DNA of 64,000 nt from an uncultured Bacteroidales bacterium (GCA_964421355.1 CAYQWX010000001.1:60673-124672), one strand, 5' to 3'; counted from the stretch's first letter, positions 28,306 to 38,385 are shown. A program made the numbers and translations. The notes: a model not told the origin generated them from the letters alone.

Positions 28306-30049
28306 CTATATCTGTTATCAATTGATTTTGAATACGGAACATGTTGTAGTATAATCCTTTTTTGTTAATGAGCTGGAAGTGAGTTCCTTGTTCTACTATT
28401 TTACCTTTGTTTAATACATAAATCATTTCATTGTTTTCCATATTTACAAGACGGTGAGTGATTGTTATTCGGGTTTTATTTTTTGATATATCTTCTATTG
28501 TTTTTAATATTTGTTTTTCTGTGATCACATCAAGGTTTGCAGTAACTTCGTCAAGTATTAAGATTGGAGCATCTTTTAGCAAAGCTCTTGCAATGGCTAT
28601 TCTTTGGCGTTCTCCTCCACTCACTGCCAATCCAAATTCTCCCACATAAGTTTCTAATCCATTGGGTAGATTGTTTATGAAATCAGTCAATTGTGCTTGT
28701 TCTATGGCTTTATAAACTTCTTGCTTGGTTGCTTTGGGATTTGCCATTTTTAGATTTTCTTCAATAGTTGTATTAAACAAATATGTATCTTGTGATACCA
28801 TTGCAAAATATTTTATCACATCATCTGGTCTGTAATTTTTTAGTGGATAGCTGCCAAATGTGATTTCTCCACTATTATAGTCCCAAAACCTCAATAATAG
28901 ATTTGCTATTGTGCTTTTTCCAGCTCCGCTTGGTCCTACTATTGCAATGTGTTTACCTTCTTGTATATTTAGAGATATACTATCCAACACTTTTTTTTCT
29001 TTTAGATATCCGAATGAAACTTCTTGTAAATGAATGGAATAATTTTGAGGGACAGGTGATTTTTTAGGAATATCATTGATAGCAGGAGTTTCATTTGCTA
29101 TTTCAAAAATTCGGGAAGCTGCTTGTTTAATTTTTTCTAAATATAAAAAAGCTTGTGGTAGGGTAGCAGTTGCTTCAAATGAAGATAATGAAGACATTGC
29201 TATTACTGCAAGCATTACTGCATCAAAACCGTTTGACTGTGCAATAGGGATAGCTATTACCAATACTATAACCATACCTATATTGGCTAATAGAGTTTCA
29301 ATGCCATTGTGCAAAGCATTTATCCAAACGAGTTTTGATTGTAAAGAAGAAAATTGTTTATTCAATTTATTTATCTTTTCTAAATATTGGTATTCTTGAT
29401 TGTTTGCAGTAAGGTCGGCTAATCCGTGAATAGTATCTATTATGTTTGTGTATAATTTACTTCTTACCTCAATTACTTGTTTTCCTATTGTTTTCCCGGA
29501 TATATTTGCGATAAACGGAGATAATGTGCCTGCAAGTAAAAAGAATATCAAGAAGGTAATTGCTATTCTTACATCAAAATATCCTAAAAAAATAAACATT
29601 GCAAAAGATACCAAAATAGCAACGATTGGAGGAGCTACTACACTCACAAAGAAATGTTCCAGAGTTTCGATATCAGCAATTATTCGTCCAGTGAGGTCTC
29701 CGCTTTGATAATTTTGTATTTTGGCAGGAGCAAGTGGCTCTATTTTTTTATAGAACCATGTTCGCAAGTTAGATAAAATTTTAAATGTAGTGTTGTGAGA
29801 AGTTATTCGTTCTGCATACCTAAAAAGTCCTCTTGAAATTCCGAAAAATCTCACACCTGTGATAGGAACCATAAGAGAACCGAGAGCAGGATGAAGTGCG
29901 GCAGATGCAATTATAAAAGCAGATGTTCCCATCAAACCTATACTACTTCCAATGGTTAAAAAACCAAGACTTATTGCCAATAATATAGACCATTTGAAAG
30001 GCATAATCAATTTGACAAGTTGCAGTATAGTGTTTTGATTTTGTTTCAT
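28298..30049 (-). CDS. cydC: ABC exporter, fused permease/ATPase, CydC-like
   Basis: 6-TM domain plus Walker A GPSGAGKST, signature VSGGERQR and Walker B ILILDE. Paired with the CydD-like gene. Confidence 0.7.
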   Translation of the reverse strand: MKQNQNTILQLVKLIMPFKWSILLAISLGFLTIGSSIGLMGTSAFIIASAALHPALGSLMVPITGVRFFGISRGLFRYAERITSHNTTFKILSNLRTWFYKKIEPLAPAKIQNYQSGDLTGRIIADIETLEHFFVSVVAPPIVAILVSFAMFIFLGYFDVRIAITFLIFFLLAGTLSPFIANISGKTIGKQVIEVRSKLYTNIIDTIHGLADLTANNQEYQYLEKINKLNKQFSSLQSKLVWINALHNGIETLLANIGMVIVLVIAIPIAQSNGFDAVMLAVIAMSSLSSFEATATLPQAFLYLEKIKQAASRIFEIANETPAINDIPKKSPVPQNYSIHLQEVSFGYLKEKKVLDSISLNIQEGKHIAIVGPSGAGKSTIANLLLRFWDYNSGEITFGSYPLKNYRPDDVIKYFAMVSQDTYLFNTTIEENLKMANPKATKQEVYKAIEQAQLTDFINNLPNGLETYVGEFGLAVSGGERQRIAIARALLKDAPILILDEVTANLDVITEKQILKTIEDISKNKTRITITHRLVNMENNEMIYVLNKGKIVEQGTHFQLINKKGLYYNMFRIQNQLITDIAI

Positions 30050-30059
30050 AGTATTGTCA

Positions 30060-31790
30060 TCATTTAGTGTTTTGTGCCGACGATATGAGTTTTGAATAAA
30101 ATCCTTTGTTGTTTAATAAATTATTATGAGTGCCTTGTTCTACTATCTTGCCATTGGTTATTACTACTATTTTGTCGGAATTTATTATGGTAGATAGTCT
30201 ATGAGCAATAACTAATACTGTTTTATTTTTAGTTAGTTTTTCTATTGCTTCCTGTATTTGATTTTCTACTTGAGGATCAAGATTTGAACTTGCTTCATCC
30301 AGAATTATTATGGGTGCATCTTTTACAAAAGCTCTTGCTATTGCTATTCTTTGTGCTTGTCCTCCACTCATTTTTATAGCACGTTCTCCTACCAGAGTAT
30401 CCAATTTTTGTGGCATTTCCATAACGAAGTTGTAAGCATTTGCTTCTTTTAGTGCCATTATTATTTCTTTATCAGAAGCTTGAGGATTTGCAATCTTTAT
30501 GTTTTCTCTTATTGTAGTATTAAATAAATATGGAGTTTGAGGTACCCAGCTTACCAAATTACGCCATTGCTTGACTTCAATTTGTTGTAAATCAATATTA
30601 TTTACTAATATTTTACCATTTGTAGGGGTTATGAATTTGAGTAATAAATTAACTATTGTACTTTTCCCTGCTCCACTTGGACCGACAAGAGCAGTCTTTT
30701 TATTTTGTTCGATTAAAAAAGATAAATTTGATATGGTAGTTTTTTCTTTTTCCCGATATGCAAATGATACATCTTTGAATTCTATTGTATAATTAGTTAG
30801 CTCTTTTATTTCTATTTTTTTGTTTTGTGTTGATAATATTGGCATTCCTAATATCTTGAAAATACGATCAGCAGCTGCTACTCCTGACATTCCTGCATGA
30901 AACCGCAAACCTAATTGTCTGAATGGCATATAAAACTCAGGAGCCAATACTAATACAAAAAAAGCCATAAGAAAATCTATTCTTCCATAAAGTAACCTTA
31001 GTCCTATCTCTACCGCTATAATAGCTGTGCTCAGTGTTGCAATAAGTTCTAACACAAGTGCTGATATAAATGCAATTTTTAATACCGACATCGTGGATAA
31101 CCGAAATTTATTGCTTATTTCTGCAATAGTTTTTATTTGATCTTTGGAACGTCCTAATATTTTCAAAATTTTAATTCCTTGTAGAGTGTCTAAAAAATAA
31201 GCACTCATTCTGCTTAAAGCTTTCCATTGTTGTTTGGTCTTTTTTTCAGCGGCATTTCCTATTAGTGTCATTAGCACAGGAATAGTTGGGGCTGTAAGTA
31301 TCATTATTATTCCGGAAAGTGTGTCTGTGGGGAAAATAAAAAAAAGAATTGTAAAGGGAATCATTGCAGTGATAAACAATTGTGGTATGTATTGACTAAA
31401 ATAGGCATCTAAATCTTCTATGCCGTTTATAGCAGTGTTTGCCAGTTCTCCCGTTTGCTCGTAGTTTGCTTCTATTGGACCGAGTTGGGCTATATGATTA
31501 AGTAATTTCTTTCGTAAAATAAATTTTATTTTATCTGCTGTTTTCCCTGCAAAGCCTTCACTTAACCATACTGATACTGCTCTTAATATAATTATTGTTA
31601 CAAGTAAAATTATAATCGGTAAAAGATTGTGTAATGTTTCTTTTTTTAAGAATGCGTTATTTAATAGCTTGCTTAGGTACCAAGCCTGAAAGACAATGAA
31701 AAATCCTCCTATCAAAGAGAAAAAGATAGATAGATAAAAATCTTTTTTTACCTGTTTTAATTGTTTGAATAGTCTTTTGTCTATTTTCAT
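30060..31790 (-). CDS. cydD: ABC exporter, fused permease/ATPase, CydD-like
   Basis: N-terminal ..FFIVFQAWYLSKLL.. pattern, Walker A GPSGAGKST, signature MSGGQAQR, Walker B IIILDE. Confidence 0.7.
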   Translation of the reverse strand: MKIDKRLFKQLKQVKKDFYLSIFFSLIGGFFIVFQAWYLSKLLNNAFLKKETLHNLLPIIILLVTIIILRAVSVWLSEGFAGKTADKIKFILRKKLLNHIAQLGPIEANYEQTGELANTAINGIEDLDAYFSQYIPQLFITAMIPFTILFFIFPTDTLSGIIMILTAPTIPVLMTLIGNAAEKKTKQQWKALSRMSAYFLDTLQGIKILKILGRSKDQIKTIAEISNKFRLSTMSVLKIAFISALVLELIATLSTAIIAVEIGLRLLYGRIDFLMAFFVLVLAPEFYMPFRQLGLRFHAGMSGVAAADRIFKILGMPILSTQNKKIEIKELTNYTIEFKDVSFAYREKEKTTISNLSFLIEQNKKTALVGPSGAGKSTIVNLLLKFITPTNGKILVNNIDLQQIEVKQWRNLVSWVPQTPYLFNTTIRENIKIANPQASDKEIIMALKEANAYNFVMEMPQKLDTLVGERAIKMSGGQAQRIAIARAFVKDAPIIILDEASSNLDPQVENQIQEAIEKLTKNKTVLVIAHRLSTIINSDKIVVITNGKIVEQGTHNNLLNNKGFYSKLISSAQNTK

Positions 31791-31968
31791 TTTATAAAAA
31801 CAAGCGGTACTTATTTTTTTCTTTCAAAGAAAGTAAAAATATATTAATTGATATGCTATCTTTGGAAAAAGTAGGTTTGTGTGGCTCTTTAAATCTTTTT
31901 TCATTTATAAAAAATCTCATTATTTATAATAATTACAATTAGTTAGCATTTGGCATTTGTTACTATAA

Positions 31969-31976
31969 TATATTTG
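31969..31976 (+). promoter_or_regulatory. -7 box (TATATTTG) for miaB
   Basis: TAnnTTTG, 22 nt upstream of the ATG at 31999. Confidence 0.45.
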
Positions 31977-31998
31977 CAATACCAAAATTTGTGAGAAC

Positions 31999-33312
31999 AT
32001 GAAGAAAAAGGTGTATATAGAAACTTACGGGTGTCAAATGAATGTGGCTGATAGTGAGGTGATAGCTACAATACTTAATGACAATGAATATGAAATAATA
32101 CAAGATATAAACCAAGCAGATATAATATTTGTAAATACTTGTGCGGTAAGGGAACATGCGGAACAAAGGGTGTTTAGCAGACTTGACTATTTTAACACTT
32201 TTAAGAAAAAGAGGAAAGATATAAAAATAGGTATTTTAGGCTGTATGGCAGAGCGGTTAAAAAAAAGTATTTTGGAACAAAAACCTTTTGTTGATATAGT
32301 TGCAGGTCCCGATTCTTATAGGAATTTACCAGAAATGATAGAAACAACCGAAAGTGGACAAAAAACTGTAAATGTATTACTATCAAAGGAAGAAACTTAT
32401 AATGATATATTGCCTACAAGATATAATAGTAATGGTTTGTCGGCTTTTGTATCCATAATGCGGGGATGTGATAATATGTGTTCTTTCTGTATAGTGCCAT
32501 TTACACGGGGTAGAGAACGAAGTAGATCGGTAGAGTCTATTATGCAAGAGATAGAAGATATTATTAATGATGGTTATAAGGAAATTACCCTGATAGGTCA
32601 AAATGTGGATAAATACAATTATAAAGATGTGAATTTTGCTAAATTGCTTGCAATGGTTGCAGATGTTGCAAAAAAATTGCGTATTCGTTTTGCAACATCT
32701 TATCCACAGCATTTCACAGAAGAAGTGATGCGGGTAATGGCTTCAAAATCAAATGTTTGCCATTATATTCACCTTCCTGTGCAATCAGGTAGCAATAATA
32801 TGCTGAAAGCGATGAAACGGGGCTATACTGCGGAGTGGTATTTGGACAAAATAAATATGATTCGTAGTTATGTGCCGGATGCTGCCATATCTACTGATAT
32901 TATTACGGGGTTTTGTGGAGAAACGGAAGAAGACCACGCGGCAACACTTAATTTGATGGAACAAGTAAAATACGATTATGCTTATATGTTTAAGTATTCT
33001 GAACGTCCGGGAACCTATGCGGCAAAATACCTAAAAGATGATGTTCCGGAAGAAATAAAGTTGAGGAGACTAAATGAGATTATAGACTTGCAAAGAAGTT
33101 TGTCGGAAGAAAGTAATAAAAAAGATGTGGGAAAAACATTTAAAGTTATGGTAGAAGGTGTTTCTAAAAAATCAAAAGAAGAACTTTTTGGACGTAATTC
33201 TCAAAATAAGGTTATAGTATTTCCTACAAAATCTAATATAAAAAAGGGTGATATTATAAGGGTGGAAGTAACTTCTTATACATCTGCAACTTTACGGGGG
33301 AAAGCAATATAA
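31999..33312 (+). CDS. miaB: tRNA-i6A37 methylthiotransferase
   Basis: MKKKVYIETYGCQMN, radical-SAM motif CDNMCSFC, TRAM C-terminus. Confidence 0.9.
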   Translation: MKKKVYIETYGCQMNVADSEVIATILNDNEYEIIQDINQADIIFVNTCAVREHAEQRVFSRLDYFNTFKKKRKDIKIGILGCMAERLKKSILEQKPFVDIVAGPDSYRNLPEMIETTESGQKTVNVLLSKEETYNDILPTRYNSNGLSAFVSIMRGCDNMCSFCIVPFTRGRERSRSVESIMQEIEDIINDGYKEITLIGQNVDKYNYKDVNFAKLLAMVADVAKKLRIRFATSYPQHFTEEVMRVMASKSNVCHYIHLPVQSGSNNMLKAMKRGYTAEWYLDKINMIRSYVPDAAISTDIITGFCGETEEDHAATLNLMEQVKYDYAYMFKYSERPGTYAAKYLKDDVPEEIKLRRLNEIIDLQRSLSEESNKKDVGKTFKVMVEGVSKKSKEELFGRNSQNKVIVFPTKSNIKKGDIIRVEVTSYTSATLRGKAI

Positions 33313-33315
33313 ATA

Positions 33316-34152
33316 TTAATTGTTTTTACAACAAGATTTTATTTTACATCTAATGCTTTTTATAGCTAAGTCTATATTTAATAATAATGAAAGATTTTCT
33401 TGTGAGTAGTCATTAATTATTTCTTTTGCTCTTCTGCAAGAATTATTTTTTATATAGTGATTTAGTGCTTTCCTATATATTTTATATCGTAGTTTAGTGG
33501 GAATTGAGGATTGTTTATACACTTCTGTTTTATTGTTTTTTATAAGAGAGAATATTTGCTTTATGTTTTTTTCTTTCAATCCTATGATTGTTAAGAAAGT
33601 CCAATGTTGTAAAGAATATGGTAAAGTGCCGTATTTTTTATTTACAATATCTATTATTTTATAAATAAATGGTTCTAAACTGTGTGAATATAGTGATATT
33701 GAGAGATTTGCTAACAGATAATAATCTTTTGCCGTTATGTTTTTTTCGTTTTTAAAAGTTGTAATTATCCAGAGAGAGTCTATTTGAGGTTTGTTAAAAT
33801 AATGATAAGCCGCTTCATAGAAAATATTTTTGTAAGAAGATTCCAAATGTTTGTCTGGTAATAATATCCTTTGTGCAAGTAAATAAAATAATGTTATATC
33901 ATATTTTTCGGTTATAAAAAAACTTTTGGCTGTTTCTACCAATAAGTTTTTATCTACAAAGTTATTGGTAGGACTATATAATATTTTATCGGTAACTGAA
34001 ATGGCATCATGTAAGTCGTTGTTTATTAAATCTCTGTTGCTTTGTGCGTTTATAATTTGTAGATATGCAAGTTCTGTGGTGTCGCTGTATTGTGCAAATA
34101 ATCTGGTTATTGCAAATAGAAATAATGAAAAGACGAAAAATATTTTTTTCAT
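33316..34152 (-). CDS. secreted hypothetical protein (helical)
   Basis: Signal peptide; third gene of a tight three-gene set. Confidence 0.5.
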   Translation of the reverse strand: MKKIFFVFSLFLFAITRLFAQYSDTTELAYLQIINAQSNRDLINNDLHDAISVTDKILYSPTNNFVDKNLLVETAKSFFITEKYDITLFYLLAQRILLPDKHLESSYKNIFYEAAYHYFNKPQIDSLWIITTFKNEKNITAKDYYLLANLSISLYSHSLEPFIYKIIDIVNKKYGTLPYSLQHWTFLTIIGLKEKNIKQIFSLIKNNKTEVYKQSSIPTKLRYKIYRKALNHYIKNNSCRRAKEIINDYSQENLSLLLNIDLAIKSIRCKIKSCCKNN

Positions 34153-34162
34153 ATCTATTGTC

Positions 34163-34753
34163 TCAAAATTTTATGTACATACCTACAGCAGGTATTGTGT
34201 TTTTATGTAATCTTTCTTTTTCCAAAGTTGCTTTTAGTCCGAATTTGTATCTTATCGTTTCTTGTTGTTTCTGCAAAGATACTTTTCCCTTTATCCAATC
34301 ATATAAATATGTTGTGATAATAATTCCGAGTGAAATAGTTGTAACCACATCTTCTTTTTTTAATTTCCAATTACCGACAATATTCATATATTCGTTTTCG
34401 TCCGATGATGTATGAAATGGATTGATGTTTATAAAAGATTCTCCCCGTGCTTTGTTGCTTATATATACTGCTGTTAGTCCTGTATAACCAATAATTCTCC
34501 AGGCAAGTAAACGGTTCCCTGTTTTTTTATCTCCTATATAATAATGTATGTATCCGGGTACTAAAATGGCATAAAAAGCATCCAGCATACGAATATTACG
34601 GGAAAGAGTGCGGTATTCGTATATAGTGGTAGTATGTGGGATAGGTGTTACTTTTATTAAATCGTCTTGCAAATGCGGGTAAACTTCAAAGTCTTGTGAG
34701 AACAAGGAAATGCTCATTAAAAAAAATATTATAAAAAATCCTTTCTTTTTCAT
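34163..34753 (-). CDS. hypothetical membrane or exported protein
   Basis: I chose the ATG at 34753 (MKKKGFFIIFFLMSISLFSQ). Two internal hydrophobic segments. Confidence 0.5.
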   Translation of the reverse strand: MKKKGFFIIFFLMSISLFSQDFEVYPHLQDDLIKVTPIPHTTTIYEYRTLSRNIRMLDAFYAILVPGYIHYYIGDKKTGNRLLAWRIIGYTGLTAVYISNKARGESFININPFHTSSDENEYMNIVGNWKLKKEDVVTTISLGIIITTYLYDWIKGKVSLQKQQETIRYKFGLKATLEKERLHKNTIPAVGMYIKF

Positions 34754-34818
34754 AACATTACAATTGAAATAAGGAGAAAGAAACAATAACCTTCCTCCTT
34801 ATTTTTATGTGTTATTGG

Positions 34819-35472
34819 TTATTCTATTACTTTGTAAGATTTTAGCACGATATATTTATTTACAATGTATCCTTTCCCATTATTTTTTATTTCCTTTTGC
34901 AAATTTGCAATTTGAGCTAATTGGTCATCTATAGACATTTCTTCTTCAGGTTCTCCTTTTTCTCCCTGTTCTTCTCCTTCGGCATGTTCAACTTCTTTAA
35001 GGTGCTTGCCTTCTGCTTTTGTTTCTCCTTCTGCTTTTTTTGCTTCCAAATCTTTTGTTAGATTGGCAAGATAAGTGCTATCTATTTTTTCTGTGTTTAA
35101 TGTTCCAGTTACTTCAATTGTTTTGCCTGCAAGTTCTTGGTCAAAAGGTTGTTGGTCTTCTGATGTTTCTACTCTTATTCTTTCACCAGGATTATCTCCT
35201 ACCAACATCAATCTTTTGCCACCATGTTTGCATACATGGTCAACTGTTCCTTTTATTTTTATTGTTTTATTTGACAACACCAATGCTGTAGAGTCGTTTA
35301 ATGTTGCAAATGTTACTTCTGTAACTTCTACAGTAGAATCAGTGTCTGATACTACGGAACTGTCTTGTGGTGGAACATTACTATTTTCTTCTTTGTTTCC
35401 ATTTTGATTTCCACAAGAAATTACTCCTAAACTAATAATAATTCCTAATAATAAAAATTTAATTTTTTTCAT
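34819..35472 (-). CDS. hypothetical lipoprotein with an acidic Glu/Lys-rich segment
   Basis: The ATG at 35472 gives MKKIKFLLLGIIISLGVISCGN. The TTG at 35499 lies inside a -7 box. Confidence 0.5.
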   Translation of the reverse strand: MKKIKFLLLGIIISLGVISCGNQNGNKEENSNVPPQDSSVVSDTDSTVEVTEVTFATLNDSTALVLSNKTIKIKGTVDHVCKHGGKRLMLVGDNPGERIRVETSEDQQPFDQELAGKTIEVTGTLNTEKIDSTYLANLTKDLEAKKAEGETKAEGKHLKEVEHAEGEEQGEKGEPEEEMSIDDQLAQIANLQKEIKNNGKGYIVNKYIVLKSYKVIE

Positions 35473-35496
35473 GTTTTTTTCATTTTTTATTTGTTT

Positions 35497-35504
35497 CAAA
35501 AATA
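35497..35504 (-). promoter_or_regulatory. -7 box (TATTTTTG on the minus strand)
   Basis: TAnnTTTG, 25 nt upstream of the ATG at 35472. Confidence 0.45.
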
Positions 35505-35552
35505 AGTAAAATAATTAAAAGGTAAACATATTATCTCACAAAACATTTTGAT

Positions 35553-35560
35553 TATTTTTG
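35553..35560 (+). promoter_or_regulatory. -7 box (TATTTTTG) for purM
   Basis: TAnnTTTG, 25 nt upstream of the ATG at 35585. Its TTG is the start used by the ORF track. Confidence 0.45.
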
Positions 35561-35584
35561 AACCGTAAAAACATTATTTTATTT

Positions 35585-36754
35585 ATGAAATCACGTTATG
35601 AAAGTAGGGGCGTATCTTCCAAAAAAGAAGATGTGCATAATGCTATAAAAAATATAGATAAAGGATTGTATCCAAAAGCTTTTGCTAAAATATTGCCTGA
35701 TATTGTTGGTAATGATAATAACTATTGTAATGTGATGCATGCCGACGGAGCAGGCACTAAGTCTTCACTTGCTTATGCTTATTGGAAAGAGACTGGAGAT
35801 TTGTCTGTGTGGTATGGAATAGCACAAGATGCAATTGTGATGAATACTGATGATTTACTTTGTGTGGGAATAGATGATAATTTAATTTTATCTTCTACAA
35901 TTGGCAGGAATAAGCATTTGATCTCGGGAGAGATAATCTCTGCAATTATAGAGGGCAACATGAGATTTGCTAACAAGATGAAAGAGTATGGTATAAATAT
36001 AATGCTTGCGGGAGGAGAAACTGCAGATGTTGGTGACTTGGTAAGGTCTATTATTGTCGATTCTACTTTGTTTGCTCGTACGGAAAGGAAAAATATTATT
36101 ACCAATGATAAAATAGTTCCAGGAAATGTTATTGTCGGATTAACTTCTTTTGGACAAGCAGTATATGAAGATAGTTATAATTCAGGTATGGGTAGTAACG
36201 GACTTACTTCTGCACGTCATGACTTGTTTGGCTTGGAAGTGAAGAATAAATATCCAGACACATTTGATCATCTTACCGATGAGAAATACATATATAGCGG
36301 AAGATTTAATTTATCTGATACAATAACTATTGATGGGAAGGAGATGTCTGTAGCCAAATTGGTATTGTCTCCCACACGAACTTATTTGCCTGTGATGAGA
36401 GAGGTTTTTGCCCGTTACAAAGCAAAAATAAACGGTATGGTACATTGTACCGGAGGAGGACAGACTAAAATTATGAATTTCACATCTTATACTGTGGTGA
36501 AAGACAATTTGTTCGATGTGCCACCATTATTTAGCCTAATCAAAAAAGAAACCGATACTCCTTGGAAAGAAATGTACGAGGTATTTAATATGGGACACAG
36601 ACTGGAAATAATTACAGATGATACTACTGCTCAAAAAATTATAGAAGTTTCAAAATCTTTTGGGATAGATTCAAAAGTGATAGGCTACATAAAAGAAGGA
36701 AATAAAAAACTTATCATTAAAAATAGCGAAGAAAAAATAGAATGGGAATATTAA
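35585..36754 (+). CDS. purM: phosphoribosylformylglycinamidine cyclo-ligase (long Bacteroidota-type AIR synthase)
   Basis: N-terminus SRYESRGVSSKKEDVHNAIKNIDKG plus PurM-like N- and C-terminal domains (HADGAGTK). Confidence 0.75.
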   Translation: MKSRYESRGVSSKKEDVHNAIKNIDKGLYPKAFAKILPDIVGNDNNYCNVMHADGAGTKSSLAYAYWKETGDLSVWYGIAQDAIVMNTDDLLCVGIDDNLILSSTIGRNKHLISGEIISAIIEGNMRFANKMKEYGINIMLAGGETADVGDLVRSIIVDSTLFARTERKNIITNDKIVPGNVIVGLTSFGQAVYEDSYNSGMGSNGLTSARHDLFGLEVKNKYPDTFDHLTDEKYIYSGRFNLSDTITIDGKEMSVAKLVLSPTRTYLPVMREVFARYKAKINGMVHCTGGGQTKIMNFTSYTVVKDNLFDVPPLFSLIKKETDTPWKEMYEVFNMGHRLEIITDDTTAQKIIEVSKSFGIDSKVIGYIKEGNKKLIIKNSEEKIEWEY

Positions 36755-36763
36755 AAATGGTAG

Positions 36764-36834
36764 AGGTAGCGAGCGGATTCGAACCGCTGTACAAGGTTTT
36801 GCAGACCTCTGCCTAGCCACTCGGCCACGCTACC
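36764..36834 (-). tRNA. tRNA-Cys (GCA)
   Basis: Folded by hand: acceptor GGTAGCG/CGCTACC, anticodon loop CTGCAAA, T-arm AGCGG-TTCGAAT-CCGCT. 71 nt, CCA not encoded. Confidence 0.85.
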
Positions 36835-36845
36835 TTATATGTTAT

Positions 36846-36880
36846 ACAAAAAAACGGTAAAATATTATTTTACCGTTTCC
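36846..36880 (-). terminator. intrinsic terminator between tRNA-Lys and tRNA-Cys
   Basis: Perfect 12-bp stem AAACGGTAAAAT/ATTTTACCGTTT followed by a T-run on the minus strand. Confidence 0.6.
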
Positions 36881-36894
36881 CCTTTTTGAAAGTG

Positions 36895-36967
36895 TGATTG
36901 GGCCGGGATTCGAACCCGGGACCCTCTGCTTAAAAGGCAGATGCTCTACCTGCTGAGCTACCCAACC
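36895..36967 (-). tRNA. tRNA-Lys (TTT)
   Basis: Folded by hand: acceptor GGTTGGG/CCCAATC, D-arm GCTC..GAGC, anticodon loop CTTTTAA, T-arm CCGGG-TTCGAAT-CCCGG. 73 nt. Confidence 0.9.
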
Positions 36968-37116
36968 AGCCCTTTGTTTTATGCTGTTGTTTTTAGAAAG
37001 TCAGAACCCCGCGGTAAAAATGTGAGCACAAAAATAACCTCTTTTTTTTATATGGCAATGCTTATAAAGTACTTTTTTAACTGTTTTTGTTTGTGGTTGT
37101 TGTAAATGCTTGTTTT

Positions 37117-38385
37117 TTAATATAATAATTTTGATATTTCTTCTGCTTTTTCCGATTGGTCTGTCATCTGATATGCCTTCATAAGCATATTGAGCAATCT
37201 TTTATTTTTAGGTTGTAATTTTCGTGCTTGTTCCAGATATTCTATAGATTGTGAAAATGCCTTTTGAAAGGCTTCTCTGTCTTCATAGTTGTTTTTATAT
37301 AATTTTACTCCTTGATTAAAATAAGTGACGCCAATATTATATAAGATTTTGTATTTATTATTGTCAGATGATACTTTTTCCAAAGCTTTTTTGTAAAAAT
37401 CAGCAGATTTATTGGTGTATTCGTTTGCCGAACTTACATATCCGTCATCATAAAGACTTTTTGCCAAATTACGATAAGCCTGTGCTATAATTATCAAAAG
37501 TTTTACATCTTGTGTGTTATTGTCAAGCTTGTTCATAAATTTTATTAGTTCATCATTTTTTTTGTATTTGTTAAGAAGTGCTATTGTATTTATTATAAGA
37601 GCTTTATTGTTTGGCCATATTTCGTTTGCTCTTGTAATAATATCTATTGCATCTTTTATTTTCCCCTGTTTTTCTAATATTTCAGAGTAGTAATTATAGG
37701 CTAGAGGGTCAGATTCTTTTTGTTCTACATCATTTGGATTGGAAGGATTTACAATTTTTTTGAAATATTCTTCAGCTTTGTCATAATTACCTAATTTATA
37801 TTGACTATATGCATAGTAATAGTATGTTTTCGGGAGTTTTATTTTATATCTAGAGTCTATAAATGACCGATCGTTTCCCATACTTTGATAAGCATCAAAG
37901 AATAACTCAAAATAATAGGCTGCTTGTTGGAAGTATTTTTTTGCGGTATTATCGTCTTTTTGATTTTGCACTCCTTTATTATATGCTACTATTGCCTTGT
38001 TGTACAATAAGGGTGTTAAATCAAAAAAAACATTTAATATATCACTATAGAATGTTTTATCTTTGTCTAATTCCAAAGCTTTTTTTATTGCTTCCAAAGC
38101 AGTTTTGGCAGGTTCTTTTACTTGTGAAGAAAATACTTCTGATTTTGAAATTTCGGTATATACATATCCTTTAAGGTACCAACTGGATGCATGTGTAGAA
38201 GTTACAGGGTCAGAGCAAAGTTTGTCCACTCTTACCCGTGCTTTCATCAAATCACCTTCTATCAAGGATAATTCTTTTTTAAGTTCATTGTGTGTAATAT
38301 CATTTTGAGAAAAACCATATTGCCAACTTAATGTAAGTAATAAAACTAAAGCTATATTTTTCATTTTTCTTTCTTTATTTTTCAC
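37117..38385 (-). CDS. secreted TPR-repeat protein
   Basis: Signal peptide and multiple TPR-like helical repeats. The real start is probably the ATG at 38364 (MKNIALVLLL..). Confidence 0.6.
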   Translation of the reverse strand: MKNKERKMKNIALVLLLTLSWQYGFSQNDITHNELKKELSLIEGDLMKARVRVDKLCSDPVTSTHASSWYLKGYVYTEISKSEVFSSQVKEPAKTALEAIKKALELDKDKTFYSDILNVFFDLTPLLYNKAIVAYNKGVQNQKDDNTAKKYFQQAAYYFELFFDAYQSMGNDRSFIDSRYKIKLPKTYYYYAYSQYKLGNYDKAEEYFKKIVNPSNPNDVEQKESDPLAYNYYSEILEKQGKIKDAIDIITRANEIWPNNKALIINTIALLNKYKKNDELIKFMNKLDNNTQDVKLLIIIAQAYRNLAKSLYDDGYVSSANEYTNKSADFYKKALEKVSSDNNKYKILYNIGVTYFNQGVKLYKNNYEDREAFQKAFSQSIEYLEQARKLQPKNKRLLNMLMKAYQMTDQSEKAEEISKLLY

